Assembly (NCBI GenBank): GCA_049970095.1
Contig: JBMFNP010000002.1
Span: 4,143 to 68,142, forward strand
Reading direction: 5' to 3'
Length of the DNA stretch: 64,000 bases
Origin: Thermoplasmata archaeon
Lineage (GTDB): Archaea; Thermoplasmatota; Thermoplasmata; Lutacidiplasmatales; SKW197
Positions 29,756-37,979 of the stretch are shown piece after piece. Positions within the stretch are counted from its first letter, which is position 1. The number at the start of each line of letters is the position of its first letter. The notes under the pieces are model-generated. The model was not told the origin of the DNA. It saw nothing but the letters and a program-made list of their open reading frames with translations, and made no database searches. A program made the translations under genes and the position numbers.

Positions 29756-29771
29756 GGACGCTGGTGAAACA

Positions 29772-30065
29772 ATGATTATGGGTTGGCTGGAATATCTGAC
29801 AATCTTTTTACTGACAATGGGGCTGATAATGCTCCTTGCAGGGATATTCACAGCCTATTTTGGAACAGGCAGAAGCAGGGTAATTGGTGTGATTCTTCTA
29901 GTGCTGGGAATTGTAGTTGGAATTGCAGGTGCACTCTACTACTATCGCACAAATCCCGGGCACCTGCTCGAACTTATCAAGGAGGCACTTTTACTCCTGC
30001 TCTCTGCAATTGGGGGTGCAGTGGTCGCAATCGTGGTGTTTCTTGCGGCTATAATGAAGGCGTAA
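29772..30065 (+). CDS. small hydrophobic membrane protein
   Basis: Three predicted TM helices. No recognisable family. Confidence 0.45.
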   Translation: MIMGWLEYLTIFLLTMGLIMLLAGIFTAYFGTGRSRVIGVILLVLGIVVGIAGALYYYRTNPGHLLELIKEALLLLLSAIGGAVVAIVVFLAAIMKA

Positions 30066-30157
30066 ATAAAACTCCCAGCAAATCTTTTTTGTTCAATTTT
30101 TCATATTTTGGTTATGAGAAGTTCATGCATTTTGGGTGAATGGTAAAAGGTGATGGT

Positions 30158-30631
30158 ATGGTAGATGTATGCATTATTGCGGGAAGTATTTCAGATGCAG
30201 AAGTTATAAAAAAATCAGTTTCAATCTTAAAAGATTTCGGGATTTCCTATGAGGTGCATATTGCCTCAGCACACAAATCCCCTGAGTTTGTGGATGAGAT
30301 TGTTAATAACTCAGATGCAAAGGTTTTTATAGCAATTGCAGGACTTTCTGCTGCACTTCCCGGGGTTGTCGCCTCAAAAACTACAAAGCCAGTTATTGGG
30401 GTCCCCTGCAGTGGAAAAATCTCTCTTGATGCTATTCTCTCAATTGTCCAGATGCCATCAGGCGTGCCAGTGGGTTGCGTGTCACTGGATGGCGGGGCAA
30501 ATGCAGCACTTCTCGCAGCCAGAATTCTTTCAATAAGTGATGGAAAAATCAAAAACCGATTAATTGCATATCAGAAAAAACTGGTTGAGGAAATAAAAGC
30601 AGATGATAAAAAAATTGAAAAGGAACTCTAA
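30158..30631 (+). CDS. purE: N5-carboxyaminoimidazole ribonucleotide mutase / AIR carboxylase
   Basis: VCIIAGSISD...HIASAHKSP...GLSAALPGVVAS. AGGTGA RBS precedes ATG 30158. Confidence 0.9.
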   Translation: MVDVCIIAGSISDAEVIKKSVSILKDFGISYEVHIASAHKSPEFVDEIVNNSDAKVFIAIAGLSAALPGVVASKTTKPVIGVPCSGKISLDAILSIVQMPSGVPVGCVSLDGGANAALLAARILSISDGKIKNRLIAYQKKLVEEIKADDKKIEKEL

Positions 30632-30918
30632 ATCATAGATTCTATGTCTACAGATCTCTCAACGGGTTTAAGAGGTTCAGTGGTTAGTGTATATCTTACA
30701 TTTGTGCCTCTTAGCGCCCTGTGCAATCTCTCGGTAATTTCCAGAAATTCCCCATCGTTGTGATAATCAATCATAAAATCGTGATGCCCCTGAACTATCT
30801 GGAAACCCAGACTCGTCATTATCCTGATAATCTCCGCTGGTGATGCTCCTTCACTTGAGAATTCGAAGCGGACATATGTCCTTCGTGTTTCCGTGCCCTT
30901 AACATATATTTTGATCAT
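30628..30918 (-). CDS. hypothetical small protein
   Basis: Start trimmed to MIKIYVKG. No family recognised. Confidence 0.4.
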   Translation of the reverse strand: MIKIYVKGTETRRTYVRFEFSSEGASPAEIIRIMTSLGFQIVQGHHDFMIDYHNDGEFLEITERLHRALRGTNVRYTLTTEPLKPVERSVDIESMI

Positions 30919-31069
30919 AGTCCTCACTTGTGTTGTATATACTAGTAGGGATATATTAATATAACGGTGTGCGGAGGGTGCGGGGCAGTGGTGCATTGTA
31001 AAGGCTTGTAAAATCTCTCAATTCATTTTCAAAACATTTATATAACATTACAAAGATATAGCAGTTAGA

Positions 31070-33460
31070 ATGGCGAGAACAATCCTATGTCCAAAATGTA
31101 ATACAAAAAATGATGAAAAAGCAATAAAATGCAGGAAATGCGGGGAGGAATTTATACCCAAAACACTGGAATTTCTATTAAATGTACCTGGTGTAAGCAC
31201 TTTTGTTGTGCAGAATTTACTGACTGCGGGATTTAAAACAGTTAGTGACCTGAAAAATGCAAGTGCCAGGGAACTGACAAAAGTTAGCGGTATCTCAAAA
31301 CTTACCGCACAGAAAATCAAAGAGCAGATTCTGAAAATGGAACTTTCAGAAAAAGAGAGAAAAGAAGAGGAGCCAAAGGTTTCTCTTTATATTTGTTCAA
31401 ATTGTGGTGCCCTGCTTTCCAGTAATGCTAGAACATGTCCACAGTGCGGTGCTCTTGTTGAACAGAATGAAGCGTCTGAAGTACCAGTTGAGAGAAAACC
31501 AGCACCAGAGGAGGAAAAAATTATTCAGGAAATGGAAAAACCAAAAGTAGAGCTTTATCTGTGTTCAAATTGCGGTGCTTTTGTTTCCAGTGATGCAGCA
31601 AGATGCCCCACCTGCGGTGCAATAATGGATGTGGGAGAGCAGGAGCATACCATGGAAACTCCTGGTAAACCTGAAAAATCAGTGGAAATTGTGGCACATC
31701 CAATTGAAGACGGTGCAATAATTGGCATCTGCAGTGCATGCGGTGCTTTTTTGTCCAAGAATGCACAGGTGTGTCCTGTGTGCGGTGCAGAGACAAAAGA
31801 AAAAATAGAAGTTGCCATAACCTCTACAGCCGAACCACAATCAAGCCAGAAAATAGAAACCCCGATAAATGTAGATTTTGCAATTTCCACACTAGAAACC
31901 GAGACAAAAATATTCCTGTGTGAAGTATGTGGTGCTTTTGTTTCGGAGGGCGCAGAGGTATGTCCCATTTGTAATTCTCCTACAACCCAGATGAAAAAGG
32001 AAATAATAAAAGTGGGTGGGGAAGAAAAAAATGCAAGTGAGGAAGTAATTAGTTTGCTTGAAAAAGAAATCATGTCTGCTGCAATGGAAGGGGGTGAGGG
32101 GGAACCTAAACCGAGGGAAGCTGTGATGGAGGTGCGTGAAGGAAAGGTTGAGGACACACCATCCCCCCAGGAAATTCTAGATTTTTCATTTGTTGAGGAT
32201 GAATTGAGCAGGGAATTGCCATTACTGGCTGAACATATTGAAGAAGATAAAAAAACAGGGAATGAGGAACCTTGTATTGATGATGTTGTAAAAATGGAGC
32301 ATCTGAGTGATGTGCAGTTAGCAGTGAGTGCTGAACTCGGGGATATACTGGTAGAGGATGTTGTGAAAAAGGAATTTACTGATGAGGAAGAGGATGTGGA
32401 AAAAGAGAGAGTGGAGCATCATTCCGACCCAATTGGAGAGGTTGAGAGTGAGTTGTGGGAGTATATGTTTGCTGTGGATGAAGAGGATGTGGAGGAGCAA
32501 GCGCATGTGGAAGAGGAAAAAGGGATACTTATCTGTCCAATATGCGGATACAAAAATTCCTCAAATGCAAAAACTTGTGAAATCTGTGGCTCTTTGATAC
32601 TACCAGATGAAATGGAATCAGAAGGTGCACCAAAAAAGGTGAAAAAAATTCTGGTGGTGGAACCATCCACACAAGAATCAGGGGGAAAGTTTACAGAGGT
32701 AAAGTTTAAAAATGCGAAAGAACCAAAAACCGCAGCAAAACCCCAGACAGCATCAGGCACTGCGGTTGCTACCCTAACCAGAATCAAACCTGAGGTGCCA
32801 AAACCCGAGGAGAAAACCATCCTTGAGAAATATACCTACTTTATTCTTGTGCTTACCCTCGTAACAACTGGTATTGTGGTGGAATTGCTTTTCGGTTTTA
32901 CAATGCTTGCAGTTGGGATCCTTGCGCTTGCATTTCTGTGCACTGGTGCGATTTTTACGCTTATAATCAAATGGCAGCATAAACAAAAAGTCCTTCAAAC
33001 CAGAATTCATGTTTCTCCAAAACAAGGGTCTTCAAAGCCAACCGAAATTGCAATGTTTAACATGGGTTCCACATACCTGGCAACCGGGCGATATGAAGAT
33101 GCAGTCAGGGCTTTCGAATCCGTGGTTGCTATGAACCCTGGGAATGAAATTGCATGGAACAATCTTGGGAGTGCGCTTTCAAAGCTTGAGCGGCACGAAG
33201 AGGCACTAAAATGCTATGAAAAGGCACTGGGCATAAATCCGAAATTTGAGATTGCATGGAACAACAAGGGAAATGCACTTGCGAGATTAGGCAGATTTGA
33301 AGAGGCAATCCAGTCATATGACCGTGCCATAGAAATAAAGAGGGATTACCACGATGCCTGGGTGAATAAAGGGTATGTGCTTGTAAAAATAGGGAAATAT
33401 AATGAAGCAATTGAGTGTGCGAATACTGCAAATAAATTGCTTGGAGGAAATTATGCCTGA
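31070..33460 (+). CDS. multidomain protein with 6x zinc ribbon, HhH, acidic linker, 2 TM helices and C-terminal TPR
   Basis: Six CxxC-x10-11-CxxC units (CSNCGAxxSSxAxxCPxCGA pattern). An HhH segment reads LTAGFKTVSDLKNASARELTKVSGIS. Two hydrophobic helices sit near residue 590. The C-terminal TPRs include AWNNLGSAL and AWNNKGNAL. Confidence 0.7.
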   Translation: MARTILCPKCNTKNDEKAIKCRKCGEEFIPKTLEFLLNVPGVSTFVVQNLLTAGFKTVSDLKNASARELTKVSGISKLTAQKIKEQILKMELSEKERKEEEPKVSLYICSNCGALLSSNARTCPQCGALVEQNEASEVPVERKPAPEEEKIIQEMEKPKVELYLCSNCGAFVSSDAARCPTCGAIMDVGEQEHTMETPGKPEKSVEIVAHPIEDGAIIGICSACGAFLSKNAQVCPVCGAETKEKIEVAITSTAEPQSSQKIETPINVDFAISTLETETKIFLCEVCGAFVSEGAEVCPICNSPTTQMKKEIIKVGGEEKNASEEVISLLEKEIMSAAMEGGEGEPKPREAVMEVREGKVEDTPSPQEILDFSFVEDELSRELPLLAEHIEEDKKTGNEEPCIDDVVKMEHLSDVQLAVSAELGDILVEDVVKKEFTDEEEDVEKERVEHHSDPIGEVESELWEYMFAVDEEDVEEQAHVEEEKGILICPICGYKNSSNAKTCEICGSLILPDEMESEGAPKKVKKILVVEPSTQESGGKFTEVKFKNAKEPKTAAKPQTASGTAVATLTRIKPEVPKPEEKTILEKYTYFILVLTLVTTGIVVELLFGFTMLAVGILALAFLCTGAIFTLIIKWQHKQKVLQTRIHVSPKQGSSKPTEIAMFNMGSTYLATGRYEDAVRAFESVVAMNPGNEIAWNNLGSALSKLERHEEALKCYEKALGINPKFEIAWNNKGNALARLGRFEEAIQSYDRAIEIKRDYHDAWVNKGYVLVKIGKYNEAIECANTANKLLGGNYA

Positions 33461-33851
33461 GCATCTGACAGAAGATGAAAGAGAAGCAATTCTATATGAG
33501 ATTCGGAGATCCTTTGCAATTCTCAATGCTGAGATTCCTGAGAAGATAGAACTTCGGGGTTTCAAAGAAGTGCCTCTAAAAGAAATTGTTCTGGAGATAA
33601 GGGGAGGACAGATTAAACGCAGAGAGTACATTGCTGCCTTAATGGAGAGCATAAATGAAAAAATAAAAACACTGGAAGAGATGTTGTATGATGACATCTC
33701 CATAGAGGAGGCACTGGCACTGAAGGATGTGATTTTGGGGTTGAAAAGGGCGAGAGCAGAACTTGAAAGTGAACTTAATGGAAATGCAAACAAGGAACTG
33801 GAAGATGCAAAAAGGTTCTATGGTTTGATAAAAACATTGAGGGAAGAATGA
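33453..33851 (+). CDS. hypothetical coiled-coil protein
   Basis: GGAGG RBS. The ATG overlaps the upstream stop by 8 nt. Heptad-rich sequence. Confidence 0.5.
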   Translation: MPEHLTEDEREAILYEIRRSFAILNAEIPEKIELRGFKEVPLKEIVLEIRGGQIKRREYIAALMESINEKIKTLEEMLYDDISIEEALALKDVILGLKRARAELESELNGNANKELEDAKRFYGLIKTLREE

Positions 33852-34354
33852 TGAGATCCACATGGAAGCATGCATCAGTTATCACAATCTGGGTTGCAAT
33901 TGCAGTATATGCGGGGTTTATATTTCAGTTATCCTCTGCTCCAATCCAAGCACAGCCCCCACCTATTCAAGCCACATATCAGGCGATAAATGAAACCGTG
34001 AGGAATACAGTGATTTTGCCCACAGGACAGCCACCAAGATATACCCCAGATTACCTCCACCTCTTTCTCTACATTGTTTTTGGTATGCTTCTATATTTCG
34101 GTTTTATTGTACTCGGGGCAAAAGCCAGACATTTTGCGATTAATCTTGCATGGCTTTCAGGCACATTCTATGCCCTTACAGACGAGTATCACCAGAGTTT
34201 TGTCCCAGGAAGGACCTCGGACTGGAAGGATGCAGTTGCAGACGCAACAGGTGTTCTTGTTGGCATTTTCCTTGCGATTCTTTTCATCAATCTGGCTTTA
34301 AAAGTCAGAAAGAGGTTGGGATCCCCATGGGACGCATATCTGGGAGAAGTCTGA
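33848..34354 (+). CDS. VanZ-like family membrane protein
   Basis: DEYHQSFVPGRTSDWKDAVADATGVLVG is a VanZ signature. Four TM helices. ATGA overlap with the upstream gene. Confidence 0.65.
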   Translation: MMRSTWKHASVITIWVAIAVYAGFIFQLSSAPIQAQPPPIQATYQAINETVRNTVILPTGQPPRYTPDYLHLFLYIVFGMLLYFGFIVLGAKARHFAINLAWLSGTFYALTDEYHQSFVPGRTSDWKDAVADATGVLVGIFLAILFINLALKVRKRLGSPWDAYLGEV

Positions 34355-34428
34355 AGACGAATTCTGATTTTTGAAACACGAATGTTCCTTTGATAACAAT
34401 TAAATATTTTGTTTCCATATACACAATC

Positions 34429-35544
34429 ATGCCTGCATCCCGTTTCACACAGAAAGAAATGAGGGCGGTTGAATGTTTGTTACGCAAACCAGATATTGAT
34501 GATCTTCACCTTTCAGAATATCTGGGAATTCAGGTGGAGGATGCAAGAAAATTGAGAGAAAAGTTGTTCTCAAGATTACTGAGATATGTGATTGTGCCGA
34601 ACTATTCCGCACTTGGATATGAATTGATATTTGTGGTATATGGTTCAACATTGAGCGCAAGGAGATTGCCACCTGTCACAGGAGAGCCAGAATACATAAA
34701 ATGTTACACACATTTTTATCTTTCAGACGATTGTTTTCTTGGAATTGGGTTTGCCAGAAATTACGGAATGTTAGTCAAACATTATGAAAAATTCTGTGGT
34801 GATATAGGTGTCTCCAGAGATGATGCAAAACTTCTGATTTTTCCTTCTGAACTTGTAACCTTTTTTAGATTTTTTGATTACAGTCAGGTGCTGGTGCAGG
34901 CTTCTCCTGGAGAGGCAAAATTCACACATTCCTTTACGCTTGGAAACTGGCTGGAGGCATGGAAGTGGAAAGAGGAAGGAGAAAAACTTGATGAGATTGA
35001 ACAAAAAATTCTTTATGCAATTTTGCATCAACCCGCAATAAAATCAGAAAAACTTTGGAAGTTTGTAGGTGTGAATGAGAAAGTGGGGGAGAGAAAATTG
35101 ATGCGTCTCAGAAAATCTGGGATGTATTTTCCAAGCGTGGTTCCTGACCTCAAAAACTTTGGTTATTCAGGGTTTTTGTTTTACCACCTGCAGAAAGCAA
35201 ATGGACTTTTTCCGCTGAAGAATATAATTGAACAGATTGTCTGGAAGATACCAGTATATTTTGCAATCTGTGATGAAAAAAATGCATTTCTATTGAGTGC
35301 CTACAGAGAAGCGGATGATGTGGTTGAGAGGGATGTAATTCTCTCAGAGGTGTTTCAGCAGGAAGGCATCTCGATGACCAGAATAGATTCAGGGTATTTT
35401 TCCTATGATGATCTCCTACTAAGGTATGAAAATGGATATTCAGGTCTTCTGAATTTAAATACAATTTCTGGTGATATGCGTGAAAATATTAAACAGAAAC
35501 AAAAAAGAGGGCAGTATAAAACTGATAGCGGAAACAGAAGATGA
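34429..35544 (+). CDS. predicted transcription regulator with two tandem Lrp/AsnC-like (wHTH+RAM-like) modules; paralog of 51622..52686
   Basis: Module 1: ...LSEYLGIQVEDARKLREKL...NYSALGYELIFVVYG. Module 2: ...KFVGVNEKVGERKLMRLRKSG...LKNFGYSGFLFY. Both share the (F)FPxExxxxFRxFDYS motif with the paralog. Confidence 0.55.
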   Translation: MPASRFTQKEMRAVECLLRKPDIDDLHLSEYLGIQVEDARKLREKLFSRLLRYVIVPNYSALGYELIFVVYGSTLSARRLPPVTGEPEYIKCYTHFYLSDDCFLGIGFARNYGMLVKHYEKFCGDIGVSRDDAKLLIFPSELVTFFRFFDYSQVLVQASPGEAKFTHSFTLGNWLEAWKWKEEGEKLDEIEQKILYAILHQPAIKSEKLWKFVGVNEKVGERKLMRLRKSGMYFPSVVPDLKNFGYSGFLFYHLQKANGLFPLKNIIEQIVWKIPVYFAICDEKNAFLLSAYREADDVVERDVILSEVFQQEGISMTRIDSGYFSYDDLLLRYENGYSGLLNLNTISGDMRENIKQKQKRGQYKTDSGNRR

Positions 35545-36526
35545 TCTCTGGTACCTTTCGCAAATCATAGAAGAAAATGATTATGTGCAGGGGCTCACAT
35601 TTAGGAGGGATGAAAATAGAAAGGATGTGTTGCGCGCTGAAAGTGCTGAAAAAAGGCCAGTGATCCTTGGAATACGGGTAAAAAATGTGGAATTTCAGGA
35701 GTTTGCCACAGTACTCAGAATAACAGGGATAATTGAGCATGGAGAGATAGGGCTTGGAAGTTATCATACAATTAATGTTGAGCCTGGAAAGGATATATTG
35801 CTCATCAAGCAGGAATGGAGTGAGGGAATGAAAAAGCTTCTTGAAGAGGCATTGAACGCAAAGCGGCTGGAAATTGTTTTTGTTGCAATAGATGATGGTT
35901 CTGCTGTGCTGGCAACCATAACAGGAGTGGGTGTGAAGGCTCTTGCGGAAATAAGTGCGCATATTTCTGGCAAGTTTTTTGATACAAAAAAAGAGAATGA
36001 GAAGGTTCAGTTTTATGAAGAGGTGAAGGAAACACTGTTAAGATATGTGGAGCCCAATACAGTGGTTGCAATTATTGGTCCTGGTTTCTGGAAGGAGGAG
36101 TTTCTGGAATATCTGAAAGCACATGCAAAAGAGATTGCTGAGAAATCCACCGTGTTTACTGCATCCAATTCTGGGGTTGCTGGAATTAATGAGGTGCTGA
36201 GGAAGGAACTCAATATTCGGGGTTTGAATGAGGCAAGGGTGAAAATTGAGACAGATTTTGTGGAAAGGTTTTTTATGGAGATTGCAAGAAATGGAAATGT
36301 TGCATATGGATTTTCAGAGGTTGCACGCGCTGTTGAACTCGGGGCTGCTGAGACCCTTCTCATAACCATAGATTTGATCAGGAAGCGTGAATTTGATAGT
36401 GTGCTTAAGAATGCTGCTGCAACGCGTTGCAGGATTGTGGCTATCAATACCCAGAGTGATGCAGGCAGGAGATTTGCATCAATAGGGGGCATTGGTGCAC
36501 TCCTGAGGTACAAGATTTATGAGTGA
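35480..36526 (+). CDS. pelA: Pelota (Dom34) homolog, no-go/non-stop mRNA decay factor
   Basis: N-terminus KILNRNKKEGSIKLIAETEDDLWYL and the eRF1-like central and C-terminal domains. Probable GTG start with a GGTGA RBS. It overlaps the upstream gene. Confidence 0.85.
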   Translation: MKILNRNKKEGSIKLIAETEDDLWYLSQIIEENDYVQGLTFRRDENRKDVLRAESAEKRPVILGIRVKNVEFQEFATVLRITGIIEHGEIGLGSYHTINVEPGKDILLIKQEWSEGMKKLLEEALNAKRLEIVFVAIDDGSAVLATITGVGVKALAEISAHISGKFFDTKKENEKVQFYEEVKETLLRYVEPNTVVAIIGPGFWKEEFLEYLKAHAKEIAEKSTVFTASNSGVAGINEVLRKELNIRGLNEARVKIETDFVERFFMEIARNGNVAYGFSEVARAVELGAAETLLITIDLIRKREFDSVLKNAAATRCRIVAINTQSDAGRRFASIGGIGALLRYKIYE

Positions 36527-37113
36527 TTTTTTTTCATAATCTTTGCATATACCACATCACTTCGGGTTTTGTCCATAATTGCTCTTGCAATGTCCACCTT
36601 ATGCCTGACTGGTGCAATTGCCGCAGGAAAGTCTAGAAGTTCTATCTCTCTGTAGATTTCTTCCATGATTTCCAGGATTTGATTTCCCTTCTCAAAATTT
36701 CCTATTTTCAGGTTATTGAGACAGTATCTCCTGAGTTCTCCAATCAAATCCCCGAGAGCAAGCAAATATGCTGTGGGTGTTATTCCCAATTCTCTGTGAG
36801 ATGGAATATCTTCCTCCCTGACGATTGCAAGAAAAAGGTATGCTTCTGCATATTCCTGGTATGCATCTTCAAGCACAGGCAGAATTTTGTTTTTATCAAT
36901 CTTTTCACAGAGTGTCCTCACATTCATCATTGCTTCCTTCAGTTTCTTGAAATCCTCACTTACATCCTTCTCTAGATGTACCTCATGAATTATTTTCCTG
37001 GATGTTCGGATAATCTCCCTCGCACTCTTGATCGCAATTTCCCTCACTGTCTCTATTTCCTCCAGTTCTGTTGCAGCCTGCTCAATTACCTCATGGAATT
37101 TTTCTCTATGCAT
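36517..37113 (-). CDS. translin-family protein (putative)
   Basis: All-helical, ~200 aa. VREIAIKSAREIIRTSRKIIHEVH and AYLFLAIVREE resemble translin/TRAX helices. Confidence 0.5.
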   Translation of the reverse strand: MHREKFHEVIEQAATELEEIETVREIAIKSAREIIRTSRKIIHEVHLEKDVSEDFKKLKEAMMNVRTLCEKIDKNKILPVLEDAYQEYAEAYLFLAIVREEDIPSHRELGITPTAYLLALGDLIGELRRYCLNNLKIGNFEKGNQILEIMEEIYREIELLDFPAAIAPVRHKVDIARAIMDKTRSDVVYAKIMKKNHS

Positions 37114-37287
37114 GTTTTCATGACTGTGTAGGAGGTAATAAATCTATCCGTTCATCAAAATCTACTGGTTCTACTACTCCATCCACCTTTCCCTCATAAT
37201 AGACCTCAATTTTGATGAAAGAATTTTCAAACAAAACTTATGTTCCCCTCCGAAAAATCTATATCCTAAAAGGTGTATTTATAGAAA

Positions 37288-37977
37288 ATGAGATATAGAT
37301 GGCAGAAAGGAGCGTTTGGCAGTGGAATCATAATCCTGATTTCTGCACTGACGGGAATGGCAATCATATTATTTGTGCTATTTCTGTTTCTTGTCTTAAT
37401 TCTGGTAATGGAAATAACCGAACCCACACCAGCCAATGAGGTGAGCAGGATGGAAACTTTCAGATACATGCAATCCTACCATTACATGCTTTTTGAACCC
37501 CCGGAGGAAAGAAATCCCCCTACCCTGAAGGTGTTTGCTAGAAAGGGAAACAACATCTGGAACTTGTTCTTTGCTGGCAGAAACGCAAGGGGAGAGTACT
37601 GTCTTCACTATATAGGGCCCAAATTCATAAGTTTCGTGAATGCAACACCTCAAGAGATAAAAGAGGCACAAAGGGAAAAACCCAATTTTATCAAACTGAG
37701 AGAATACTCAAGAAGAACCAAACTCCCATGCCTAGTCATACCCAGGAACTTGATTGAAAAGGGCTCCCCTGTTGTACCTGCACCCGGAATTTTCAAGAAC
37801 GCAGAATTTATAGACCTCAAAAAATACGCAAAAAACCTCTATTTCATTCCGTTTCTGCTAGAACCAGAAAGGGCATATGTGCTTGATGAATTTAAAAAAG
37901 AACTACCAGGAAAACATGATGTGATCCTTTTTACATGTACAAGGCCATGGATTGTAATTCTAGCTTTTGAACCGTGA
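37288..37977 (+). CDS. hypothetical N-terminally membrane-anchored protein
   Basis: One N-terminal TM helix. No recognisable family. Confidence 0.45.
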   Translation: MRYRWQKGAFGSGIIILISALTGMAIILFVLFLFLVLILVMEITEPTPANEVSRMETFRYMQSYHYMLFEPPEERNPPTLKVFARKGNNIWNLFFAGRNARGEYCLHYIGPKFISFVNATPQEIKEAQREKPNFIKLREYSRRTKLPCLVIPRNLIEKGSPVVPAPGIFKNAEFIDLKKYAKNLYFIPFLLEPERAYVLDEFKKELPGKHDVILFTCTRPWIVILAFEP

Positions 37978-37979
37978 TA

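Noticed and set aside
31555-32157. 200-aa minus ORF inside the zinc-ribbon/TPR gene
   Set aside because: Antisense artefact.
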